DNA of 53,972 nt, from the NCBI GenBank assembly GCA_017466205.1, contig JAFTUP010000199.1, positions 1 through 53,972 of the forward strand, given 5' to 3'. Positions 28,101 to 35,418 of the stretch are shown in pieces (the first letter of the stretch is position 1; each line of letters opens with the position of its first letter). Source of the DNA: Clostridia bacterium. Lineage in GTDB: Bacteria; Bacillota; Clostridia; Oscillospirales; Acutalibacteraceae. The notes beneath the pieces were generated by a model that saw nothing but the letters and a program-made list of their open reading frames with translations, was not told the origin of the DNA and ran no database searches. The position numbers and the translations under genes were made by a program.

Positions 28101-30672
28101 GACGATTACCATTAGTTGTACTTTGAGCTTCAGCAGAATAGTTTGTGCCGGCATCAACATTTGTAATGAACTCAGTTCTTGTCCATGTCTGTATTGCTGA
28201 GATACCTGCGTTAGTAACACCGGGCAATACATAATAAAGTCCGTCATCGGCAACATAATATGTCCAAATCTTCTGGTGATATGTTCCACCTATACCCAAG
28301 AAACCGCCTGTTTTTGCCTGTGTATTAATAGCTACGTGAATTCGGTAATAGTTACCATCTGAGTGCTTGTAATATAACGCTTCATTGGTAAATGCGTATC
28401 CGTAAACACCGGTACCATTATCATCAGATGTTATCGACGTCGATGCCATCTGTGAAAGTGTTATGTCACCACTGTTTTCCTGAATACCTGTACCGTCGGA
28501 ACCGTCGTTAACAGATTCTGAAGTATCCATTACGATGATAAAGTCAGTAGGTCTTTCACCAACATACTGATACTGGTTTGGTGAAATTGCGTAAGTTTCA
28601 AGGTCGATAGTATATGTACCGTTAGACTGAAGCTCAGCCTGCATATCCGTATAAACACGGCTTTCGTAAGTTGTTGCAGTTTTGTCAACAACACGCTTGT
28701 AAATATAGAAAACACCATGGTCAAATGTTGTAACTTGGCCGCCCAATACGTTTGAACCTGTACCGTTCAAGCCGTCTGTATGGAATGTACCCGGCTGTTC
28801 TGTTACACCTGAATACATTGCAACGGTACTATCTGTATAATATTTATTATATGCGGTGTTATAGCTTTCTGTTGTACCGTCATTACACCAGAGGTAATAT
28901 CCGCCACCGGAAATGTAGAAGCCGCCTTTGCCGTTTTCCGCAAGAACCATACTTGTTCCGCGGGCATTATCCGTTGCCATTGCAATGCTTGTTGCATCAC
29001 AATAGAAATTAGGATAATTACTATAAGTATATTCATTATTCTTTATACTGTATGCACCGCTGCCCAATGAAGTTAATTCCCAACGAATATTTCTTACATC
29101 ATCTTTTTCAGCGTTGGTAAGGTAAAGCTTGCCACCTTCAACAGAATACTCAGTAATAGCGTGGCCGATTGCACCTGCATAACCGGCTGCATTATTCTGA
29201 TCACGCTTTGAAAGATTATAGTGCTGATAACCACCATGTGAATCGATTGCATAAAGAATAGGCATCTGAGTAACAGGATCCTTTTCAGATGATTCGTAAA
29301 CGATAATATAATCCTCACCGTCAACAATCTCTGAAAGGCTTGTTACAGGCTCATAATGAAGAGCATTATTATCCTCTGTTTTAACCATATTCTGAAGTGC
29401 ATAAGGGTCAATTTTCCAGATAACGTCAACCGGCTTTTCGCAGTTACCGATAGATGTTACTCCACTGCTTTCGTTCATATACTTATTTGAAGCACCTTCG
29501 AAAGTACAGAAAATAAGATCATTGATAACGCAAAGACCTTCTGACATAGGCATCATTTCATAGGTTTCATACTCTTCAATTACATATCCCTTTACAGTCT
29601 TTGTTGTGCTGTTATCACTGCTTGTGCTGATAGTCAGTTCCTTTGTAGGGATTGCACTAAGGTCAATATCAGAAACAATAAGCTTACTTGTTTCACCAAA
29701 GCCGAAGCTAACTGAGTTACCGGCACCTGAACCGTAAGAACAACTTAAATAAAGCTTACCGCTGTCAACAACCGCATACTGAACATCCTTGATGTTGTTG
29801 TTAAGAGCGATAGTATGAGTTGGATTGCTTCGGCTGTCAGTAGCACCACTCTTAAGGTTATTCCATTCTTCTTCAGATGTTGAACCCTGAAGCTTATAAC
29901 CGAAAACCATGGAGTTATACTGTGAGTTTGCAGGAGCATTATAATCGTCCGCTGCAATGGTCACACCGGCAAGCTTAGCACCTAAATCGTAGAAATTACC
30001 CATCCAAAGATAGCCTTGGTCATAGCAAACATAAGCAGTATAAGCAGTCTTACTGTCACTTGTTACAGAACCAACCTCGTAGAACTCAATTTCATCTACG
30101 AGCTGAACAACTCTATGTTCACCCTCTGCGATACCGTCAAGTGCTGAAATAGGAGCATAAGCAATACTTCTATCAGTATCACCACATGAGTAGTAAATAT
30201 TGTTTTCTGAGAAAGCAATACCGCCACCGTGGTCCATATTTACTGTACCGTCTACGTTAAGGAATGAAAGCATTGCAACGAAATCACCTGTTGCAGCATC
30301 AAGGCAGAATGCCTTACTGGAAGCTGTTCCATCATTATGGTATGCAGTAACAATCATCCAGTCCTTTTCAGGATAATATGTCATACCCTGAACAACGTAG
30401 TCCTGAGTAGCATTAAGACCCGGAATAACAATATCTGTTGCCTCACCGGCACCATTCAGATAATAGTTTTTGTAGTTTGCGTAGTCTGTTGCATAATCAG
30501 TAACAACACGCTCCTGCGTAATTGTTTCGTTTGTGCCGTCACTTGTTGTAATTGTGCCTGCAGCACCTACATCAATCTTCATAAACGGAAGACCGATAGC
30601 TACAATCCCTATAAGAATAGCGAATGTAAGCAACAAGGACATGCCCTTTTTTAACATTCTTTTCTTTTTCAT
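25156..30672 (-). CDS. 1838-aa secreted multidomain protein with a VWA (MIDAS) domain carrying a large insertion; adhesin-like
   Basis: GGAGGT lies 8 nt before the ATG at 30672 (MKKKRMLKKGMSLLLTFAILIGIVAIGL signal/anchor). VWA motifs are DFIIVMDTSES ... NRIAVTTYGGSA ... LAIIFMSDGVPG. Propeller-like, lectin-like and jelly-roll-like regions are present. There is no LPXTG. The C-terminus is DSIFAKISAFFKKLFASFANLF. Confidence 0.85.
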   Translation of the reverse strand: MKKKRMLKKGMSLLLTFAILIGIVAIGLPFMKIDVGAAGTITTSDGTNETITQERVVTDYATDYANYKNYYLNGAGEATDIVIPGLNATQDYVVQGMTYYPEKDWMIVTAYHNDGTASSKAFCLDAATGDFVAMLSFLNVDGTVNMDHGGGIAFSENNIYYSCGDTDRSIAYAPISALDGIAEGEHRVVQLVDEIEFYEVGSVTSDSKTAYTAYVCYDQGYLWMGNFYDLGAKLAGVTIAADDYNAPANSQYNSMVFGYKLQGSTSEEEWNNLKSGATDSRSNPTHTIALNNNIKDVQYAVVDSGKLYLSCSYGSGAGNSVSFGFGETSKLIVSDIDLSAIPTKELTISTSSDNSTTKTVKGYVIEEYETYEMMPMSEGLCVINDLIFCTFEGASNKYMNESSGVTSIGNCEKPVDVIWKIDPYALQNMVKTEDNNALHYEPVTSLSEIVDGEDYIIVYESSEKDPVTQMPILYAIDSHGGYQHYNLSKRDQNNAAGYAGAIGHAITEYSVEGGKLYLTNAEKDDVRNIRWELTSLGSGAYSIKNNEYTYSNYPNFYCDATSIAMATDNARGTSMVLAENGKGGFYISGGGYYLWCNDGTTESYNTAYNKYYTDSTVAMYSGVTEQPGTFHTDGLNGTGSNVLGGQVTTFDHGVFYIYKRVVDKTATTYESRVYTDMQAELQSNGTYTIDLETYAISPNQYQYVGERPTDFIIVMDTSESVNDGSDGTGIQENSGDITLSQMASTSITSDDNGTGVYGYAFTNEALYYKHSDGNYYRIHVAINTQAKTGGFLGIGGTYHQKIWTYYVADDGLYYVLPGVTNAGISAIQTWTRTEFITNVDAGTNYSAEAQSTTNGNRQNCKIYNGTYYKFITANENGYQTPMYTIKEKAADIVDQIAAEGSDNRIAVTTYGGSASYLNTSSSWATSGFTDALWSASNASTIKTQIANVASSGQQSDNTGMELQFAQNIVANSGSTYDADGDRNLAIIFMSDGVPGAYDGANITTAANNVIAKANTLKNTNGAFIYSIIVGADNDSWDKNTYMEAVSSKYPAATTLTSLGGGNIDGVEYVINMANTSMDNFLNFSSIAGREITKNEAVGLSNLSASSILFEELNEAFKPIADANGNLLDGITITTTLVEGNFDAVERFTFKGEEIVASTANVTTSVSDTRAISVTGYNYATEYVSQSKTGRKLKIKIEGVLADEDANITNTSINNTATTAIYKDTALTDAFKYFPTEYFNIPEYTYVLDYDMPMYDSDINGTLLSVDGGLNKQSTYKTTRETSNVALKFANSNLDMTYELVSGAYTEADNRSYCLIQRDDGTYDWFRINIVPASNVLFEEQRFTASTAGSLAKSNWTLDGTALETYQTLSGDNDRYGYDDVYASNGAGYSNGTVYKTTVNSTTKRSETMTFSYTGTGFDLMAACGKTTGIQMVNIKNAAGEIEKVFMVDTYYVDTENYDGALLKQVPIINYTNAGGYGTYTVEVTAAYLSTANALSGTRSSLAGMFNSDGYTVESLLKAMKIDVPADEIEYIWFNDNSILNGGTGPVAHTVSGTRATTTTDVELDCYIDGIRVYNPLGEDSSLYIDSEKGATYYNIVGELASGEGNTITSDSGLFAYVVGELAADENGNAQTLTFANYQSVGPQHELYLQKATDTDGSHAVAFNVTVPNADSRVMISLRAVDGATTTKVASGENAITFDINTATEQYFDITPYLDIDTTTGKANVIITNTGDGLLSVNNLKLVDATAQVVASEDLTLMAMSLSVEPTTVEPNSYDYNAVVDNNTQEPEVDVPDADEPSDDNGNNNNGGSVIEVPDVMDSIFAKISAFFKKLFASFANLF

Positions 30673-30804
30673 GTTCATTACCTCCATTTTTTTCAAATGA
30701 AAATATTTTTTACAAATTCGAAATCCGAATTTGCTTATTTCTTTGTTTATGTTCCGCGAAGACTTATAATAAGCACAACACGGTGCGGTTTTGCGTTTAT
30801 AAAT

Positions 30805-31899
30805 TTACTTTATCCCGAATTTTTGCATTTCCTTGCAGTATGCTTTCGCCTTTCGACACACATATTCGGGTACTTTGGAGAAGCTGCCTGTCTCCGCAAA
30901 GGAAACTGCTGCACAAATATCACAATGCTTTCGATATTCGCAATTTTTACATTCTCCGGGCAATTTTATTTCTTCACGTGCTTGGTTGATATTCTCCCAG
31001 GCAGTGTTAAAATCTTTAATTTCAACGGAAGGCTCTGTCATCATTCCGCAAGGTGTCATTTTACCGTCGTAGGTAACCCAGAATGAGCTTAACCCTGCCC
31101 TGCAGGATATACCCTCACATTCATCTGTAAGAAACTCACGCTTTTGCTTTGGTTCATCTTTTTTGTCGGATTTCAGCAGCTCTGCAAGAACTTCTTCACC
31201 AAGACTTTTCAGTTTATAATCAAAAGCAAGCCTTGCAGCCTCTTCCGCACTCAGTCTGAATGCTTCACCGCTTGCTCGTACAGGAGCGAAAACATAGCTG
31301 ACAACCTTCATTCCTATGCCCAAAGCCTCGGCATAAGCTCTTGCTTTACTCAGATCATCTTTATTAAGAGGCGTTATGGTGTAATTAAATCGAATATTCA
31401 CACCATTGTTCTTCAAGCCCTCAACAGCATATTTGACCTTTTCGTAAGCACTCTCATCTCCGCAAAGGTCTGCATAAGTCTTTGCAGAGCAACCATAGAG
31501 GGTTATATTAATCCTCTGTGGAGGATAAGTTTTAAAAAACTCTATATACTCATCGTCAATCAATGTGGCGTTAGTATTTATATTTACAAGAAAGCCCATT
31601 TCCCTGAGTTTCAGGTAAAGCTCTTTAAAATCACTCCTGACGAGTGGCTCACCACCCGTTAACAGCAAATTCAATGTGCCCCTTTTTTTACATTCCTCCG
31701 CAAGGTTCAACCACCACTCGGTAGGCTTTTCCCGGCTTTGCGCCTCCTTGTTGCAAATGCCCTTATGTATGTAGCACATTTTACAATCCAAGGTGCACCT
31801 GGGAGTCAGCTCAAAGGTACCTGCAAGAGGTATTCTGCCCAAATCGGCTTTCATAAAAAGCTTGTTTATAAATAAATTGTACGCATTTTCCATAAGCAA
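30805..31899 (-). CDS. Radical SAM enzyme with a C-terminal SPASM-type auxiliary-cluster domain (peptide-maturase-like, no fused RRE)
   Basis: CTLDCKMCY (CX3CX2C) sits about 35 aa from the N-terminus, and GGEPL is present. C-terminal Cys pattern: CRAGLSSFWVTYDGKMTPC ... CKNCEYRKHCDICAA. The ORF-track start is a TTG; ATG at 31893 is an alternative. Confidence 0.85.
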   Translation of the reverse strand: MLMENAYNLFINKLFMKADLGRIPLAGTFELTPRCTLDCKMCYIHKGICNKEAQSREKPTEWWLNLAEECKKRGTLNLLLTGGEPLVRSDFKELYLKLREMGFLVNINTNATLIDDEYIEFFKTYPPQRINITLYGCSAKTYADLCGDESAYEKVKYAVEGLKNNGVNIRFNYTITPLNKDDLSKARAYAEALGIGMKVVSYVFAPVRASGEAFRLSAEEAARLAFDYKLKSLGEEVLAELLKSDKKDEPKQKREFLTDECEGISCRAGLSSFWVTYDGKMTPCGMMTEPSVEIKDFNTAWENINQAREEIKLPGECKNCEYRKHCDICAAVSFAETGSFSKVPEYVCRKAKAYCKEMQKFGIK

Positions 31900-31905
31900 T
31901 TACTG

Positions 31906-32751
31906 TTATTCGTTTTCCAATGCCGATTTCAAAGCCTCTACCGCACGCTCATCCGGTGTGCAATCCAAATGATAAACGTTAACCGCACTGAGAATTCTGT
32001 TTATTAATTCAACACATTTCACAGGCACTCCGGGAGTTTGCATATCTATATATGTGTTGCCCAGAATCGCCTGCAGACCACGAACAGCAGTCAGCTTTTT
32101 AACGATATTCTGTGGGCTTTGACCCAGCTCAACTATTGCTTTAAGCGGTAGCTTTTTGTTCTCACAAATTCCGCTTGTACCGCAAAACGGTACTCCACAA
32201 GCATAAACCTTATTATCTATGCAACACAATCCTGCTTTATCACCATTGATTACCGTTGCTCCGCCAAACCTACGCCAAAGCTCCGCCTGGGTGCTTTTGC
32301 CCGTTCCGCTTGGTGCGGTGAACAATATTGCCTCACCGTCCACCTCTATAAAAGAGGCGTGCATCAATAGTGAATCAAAATACAGAAGAGACTCCGCCAG
32401 ACCGATTGTACTCCACATATAACGCTCGTCCATAAGGGTTTTAAAGCTGCCTTCGGCAAAGGTTATTTCCTTTTGCGATAAATCATCCGTCGTTGCTTTT
32501 ATAACAGCACCATCAGCGGAACCCATATATATGCGCTTATAAAGCATATTTTCCGCAGTACAATAGTCACACTCGCCTCTTTTTGACCATTCGCCGTTTA
32601 TTTCGGGCAAATTCTCGGTAACTCTGCACTCTACGGTTATATCTGACTTTGCGGATTCTACAAGAAACTTTTTCCAATTTTCGGAATCAGCCGGAAAGAA
32701 AGGAGCACTGAGACTCAATAACTTTCCGCATATAGAATAATTCCTCAGCAT
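31906..32751 (-). CDS. HPr-kinase-C-domain-like P-loop protein (ScmC / HprK-related-kinase type)
   Basis: HASFIEVDGEAILFTAPSGTGKSTQAELW is a P-loop in HprK-like context. GGGAGAG RBS is present. The stop lies 6 nt before the rSAM start. Confidence 0.7.
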   Translation of the reverse strand: MLRNYSICGKLLSLSAPFFPADSENWKKFLVESAKSDITVECRVTENLPEINGEWSKRGECDYCTAENMLYKRIYMGSADGAVIKATTDDLSQKEITFAEGSFKTLMDERYMWSTIGLAESLLYFDSLLMHASFIEVDGEAILFTAPSGTGKSTQAELWRRFGGATVINGDKAGLCCIDNKVYACGVPFCGTSGICENKKLPLKAIVELGQSPQNIVKKLTAVRGLQAILGNTYIDMQTPGVPVKCVELINRILSAVNVYHLDCTPDERAVEALKSALENE

Positions 32752-32786
32752 CCGCTACTCTCCCACTGTCTCATGATATATAGGTC

Positions 32787-32815
32787 ATTCTAACACACTT
32801 TAAAACATTTGTCAA
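32787..32815 (-). promoter_or_regulatory. Strong SigA-type promoter for the HprK-like/rSAM operon
   Basis: On the minus strand: TTGACA (32815-32810), 17 nt, TGtTAGAAT (-10 at 32792-32787), about 35 nt upstream of the ATG at 32751. Confidence 0.6.
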
Positions 32816-32907
32816 CTACTGATTATTTTTATCTTCTGTTCTGTGGGTGCTGTTATTACAATGCTCAGGGAAAATCGCTTTTAATTGCTCTGATTTTATA
32901 ATTCAAT

Positions 32908-32936
32908 TTGCTATTTTATCAGAAATGTGCTAATAT
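32908..32936 (+). promoter_or_regulatory. Putative promoter of the PqqD-like gene
   Basis: TTGCTA (32908-32913), 17 nt, TGcTAATAT (-10 at 32931-32936). Confidence 0.5.
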
Positions 32937-32969
32937 TGATGATAATATCTTAAATGAAAGGTGATTTTT

Positions 32970-33245
32970 ATGACCAACGAAACCTTTAAAATTAAATCCG
33001 GATATGTTTTAAGAGAGATTGAAGGCGAATTTTTGGCAATTCCCTTTGCACCGGAGCTTAATTCATCAAATATTATAATTCTCAACCCTGTAAGCGGACT
33101 CCTTTGGGAAAAACTCCAAAGTAAATGTACTCTCTCACAGCTTGTTAAGGCTGTTACCGAGAATTTTACGATTGATGAGGCAACCGCACAAAGTGATATT
33201 GAAGAATTTTTGCAAATGCTTAAAGAAAACGATATGCTTGAATAA
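32970..33245 (+). CDS. Stand-alone PqqD-family protein (RiPP recognition element / peptide chaperone)
   Basis: YVLREIEGEFLAIP...ILNPVSGLLWEKLQSKCTLSQLVKAVTENFTIDEATAQSDIEEFLQMLKENDML matches the PqqD pattern. AAAGGTGA RBS lies before the ATG at 32970; the ORF-track GTG is at 32961. Confidence 0.85.
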   Translation: MTNETFKIKSGYVLREIEGEFLAIPFAPELNSSNIIILNPVSGLLWEKLQSKCTLSQLVKAVTENFTIDEATAQSDIEEFLQMLKENDMLE

Positions 33246-33332
33246 CTTGCAGGATTATTAGCAACAAAGGTATTCTCTTTTTTCTATTACATTATATATT
33301 AAGCAATTATATATGCTGATTTTACGCAAATA

Positions 33333-33371
33333 AAGTGCCGGAACCGTGATAAATCTATGGTTTCGGCACTT
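33333..33371. terminator. Bidirectional hairpin after the PqqD-like gene
   Basis: aagtgccggaacc (33333-33345) pairs with ggtttcggcactt (33359-33371), with one G-U pair. Both flanks are T-rich. Confidence 0.55.
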
Positions 33372-33374
33372 TAA

Positions 33375-33600
33375 TCATTTATTTTCTTTTGCAGTGTTTA
33401 AAATAGAAATTAAAATCATTTTTATTTCAAGGCAATCATTAAGTAGTGATTCGCCCTCTTTTTCATTTATGTATTCAGATAAAATCAACAGTCGCAACCA
33501 ATACTCCGTTTCTGCAGTTTCTTTAAGTGATATTTGTAATTTTGCAATAAAATCGGTTGTGACGCAAGTGATTAGCGATATAACTCGCCAAAGGCGAATA
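33375..33600 (-). pseudogene. Start-less C-terminal remnant of a four-helix-bundle protein gene (23S rRNA-intervening-sequence-protein family)
   Basis: Minus-strand frame ending at the TGA (33377-33375) reads ...DFIAKLQISLKETAETEYWLRLLILSEYINEKEGESLLNDCLEIKMILISILNTAKENK. The ETEYWL.LL motif is typical of that family. There is no in-frame start for a full-length protein, and the frame runs open into the tRNA. Confidence 0.5.
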
Positions 33601-33642
33601 TAACTGAAAAAACTCTTATTCTTTCGAACAAGAGTTTTTTTC

Positions 33643-33717
33643 TGGCACCCCCTGCGGGAATCGAACCCACATCTAATCCTTAGGAGGGATTTATTCTATC
33701 CATTGAACTAAGGAGGC
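33643..33717 (-). tRNA. tRNA-Arg (anticodon CCT), CCA encoded
   Basis: Hand-folded cloverleaf: acceptor GCCTCCT/AGGGGGT (2 G-U pairs), D stem GTTC/GAAT, anticodon stem AATCC/GGATT with loop CTCCTAA, T arm GTGGG-TTCGATT-CCCGC, discriminator G, CCA. Confidence 0.85.
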
Positions 33718-33730
33718 ATATATGTTCAGT

Positions 33731-33810
33731 GTCATTCTGAGCGAAGCAAAAGCAGTGCAGGCGTGGAAGCCTGCCACTACGCGATCGTCTTTTTTTCTCC
33801 TCAGAATGAC
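33731..33810. repeat. GC-rich palindromic intergenic repeat (gtcattctgag ... ctcagaatgac type)
   Basis: Arms 33731-33741 and 33800-33810 are exact inverted repeats. The inner hairpin is gcaggc-gtggaa-gcctgc. The 27-nt core 33757-33783 recurs inverted at 43270-43296 (26/27). Confidence 0.7.
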
Positions 33811-33812
33811 AA

Positions 33813-34670
33813 TTATTCTACTTTATAGCTTTGTGACCATTGGTCAACCATTTTGTCGAACTCGTCACCTTTGAGTTCTCTCAAGCATTGAGTTCTGTAT
33901 GTATCGTAATAACCATAAGTTTCATCAAAGACATCAATTCTCTGAACAAGGAAAGCGTAATTATTTATCACAATCGTTGATGCAGAGCCAACCTTGACAT
34001 TTTCAACCTGTGTGTAAAATCCGCTCGGAAAGCTTCCGTCATAGGATGAATTTATCAAAGCACTGTGAACCTCTCTGTCAGTAGCAGTCTCAATAGGTGT
34101 TCCTGTATTCACAAGTCCCTCTGAGGTTGCAAAACCGTTGATAATGGCTGCTTTTTCACTGTCTGTCATGGGAACAGTTGCACCTGTTTCATCAATATTG
34201 AAAAGGTACTCGGTTGCATAGGAAATTGCAATGTAATTTGCTTTGAAGTACTTTTTTATTGAATCCTCACTTACGGGTTCAACACCGCCCTGACCGTAAT
34301 AATAGTCAAGAAGCACATCCTCATAAACCTTCGAGCTTTCAATTTTATAAATTGTCTGTTTTGAAATATCTAATTTCTGATAATGAATTCCGTATAAATG
34401 CCACAAATTATCAACATCTGATGACAATTCTGATTTCTGTGCTGATGAAAGTGACAGATTTCTGTTGTTAAACTCTGAATTTATAGTCACATATCTCGAA
34501 ATAGCTTTTTCTATTTCAGTCTCATTTCCCGAATACAAATCCTCAAAATAAGAATAAACCTCATTGTCGATTTTTGTTCCGTTCACCTTTACCCTTGCAG
34601 GACCTGAACAGGAAGCAAACGAGAGCAGACAAGTCGCAATAACAAGCATTAACGAAACAGCTTTTCTCAT
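33813..34670 (-). CDS. Putative lipoprotein (SurA/PrsA N-terminal-domain-like, no PPIase motifs seen)
   Basis: MRKAVSLMLVIATCLLSFASCSG is a signal peptide with a lipobox-like Cys. The remainder is hydrophilic. Confidence 0.6.
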   Translation of the reverse strand: MRKAVSLMLVIATCLLSFASCSGPARVKVNGTKIDNEVYSYFEDLYSGNETEIEKAISRYVTINSEFNNRNLSLSSAQKSELSSDVDNLWHLYGIHYQKLDISKQTIYKIESSKVYEDVLLDYYYGQGGVEPVSEDSIKKYFKANYIAISYATEYLFNIDETGATVPMTDSEKAAIINGFATSEGLVNTGTPIETATDREVHSALINSSYDGSFPSGFYTQVENVKVGSASTIVINNYAFLVQRIDVFDETYGYYDTYRTQCLRELKGDEFDKMVDQWSQSYKVE

Positions 34671-35365
34671 TCTGCACTCTCCTTTGAATCCAGGTATTCC
34701 TTATAAAGCTTATCCTTTAAAAGACGTTTTTCATTTTCCAGTTGTCTTTCTTCCTTAACCTTTTCCTTATCCTTGCCGATAATACCGTTTCGCAAGAATG
34801 CAACAAGGAGCATTGTTATGACAGCACCCAAAGCACAGCTGATAAAGTCAACCATTGTGTCAGTATTACCCTTTTGAAGCGTCATTCCGTAAATTGAATC
34901 CATTGTGAACTCATAAATCTCCCAGCCAACAGCAATTCCCAAAGCAAAGGTTAATGAAAATAATGAAGACATAGCGGGACCTAAATCTCCGCGTTTACGA
35001 TAAATTATATTTGCAAAATCATAACCGAACCAGGCTGAAAGTACACCTGAGGCAAAGTGAGTGACAATATCAAAATGCTCAAAGGTGGTTCTGTTGTTGA
35101 TTGTTGAGCCTACGCACACACCGATAAAAATGAAAAGTGAAAGCATTGTCTGAGTTGATGCTTCAACCTCGATTATAAATGATTTTGTACCGAAAATCTG
35201 AAAAAAATCCCAAAGGTGAGTAAAAATTATTGCAAAAATAGCTTCAAGAAACTCAACAACTGAGCCATGAAAAAGCCCGTAAATGCCCCAACATAAGATA
35301 ATTACACGGAGGCAAATCCAGAGTATTCTTTGATTTTTTGACAAATAGCCATAAGTTTTAGTCAT
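34667..35365 (-). CDS. Polytopic membrane protein of unknown function
   Basis: 232 aa with about 6 TM helices and a charged C-terminal coiled tail. There is a 4-nt overlap with the downstream lipoprotein gene. Confidence 0.6.
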   Translation of the reverse strand: MTKTYGYLSKNQRILWICLRVIILCWGIYGLFHGSVVEFLEAIFAIIFTHLWDFFQIFGTKSFIIEVEASTQTMLSLFIFIGVCVGSTINNRTTFEHFDIVTHFASGVLSAWFGYDFANIIYRKRGDLGPAMSSLFSLTFALGIAVGWEIYEFTMDSIYGMTLQKGNTDTMVDFISCALGAVITMLLVAFLRNGIIGKDKEKVKEERQLENEKRLLKDKLYKEYLDSKESAE

Positions 35366-35418
35366 TTTTAACCACCAATAATTTTTATCACTTAAATAAT
35401 ATCACAATACAATTATTT

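Noticed and set aside
25137-30654. Many 60-143-aa ORFs in other frames or on the opposite strand inside the giant gene (for example 25137-25385, 27170-27601, 27666-28052, 30337-30654).
   Set aside because: All are nested in a continuous 1838-codon frame with a clear RBS, a signal peptide and domain motifs. Their translations are low-complexity (Leu/Gln/Thr/Ser-rich), and none has an RBS. They are shadow ORFs.
30697-31662. Plus-strand ORFs 30697-31086, 30783-30989, 30833-31072 and 31144-31662, considered as possible hidden precursor genes near the rSAM.
   Set aside because: They overlap the rSAM coding strand in antisense, have no RBS and are Cys/Phe-rich only because of codon complementarity.
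33346-33603. 85-aa plus-strand ORF downstream of the PqqD-like gene, considered as a possible precursor or accessory gene.
   Set aside because: It starts inside the terminator hairpin and has no RBS. The opposite strand gives a much better reading, the four-helix-bundle remnant with ETEYWL.
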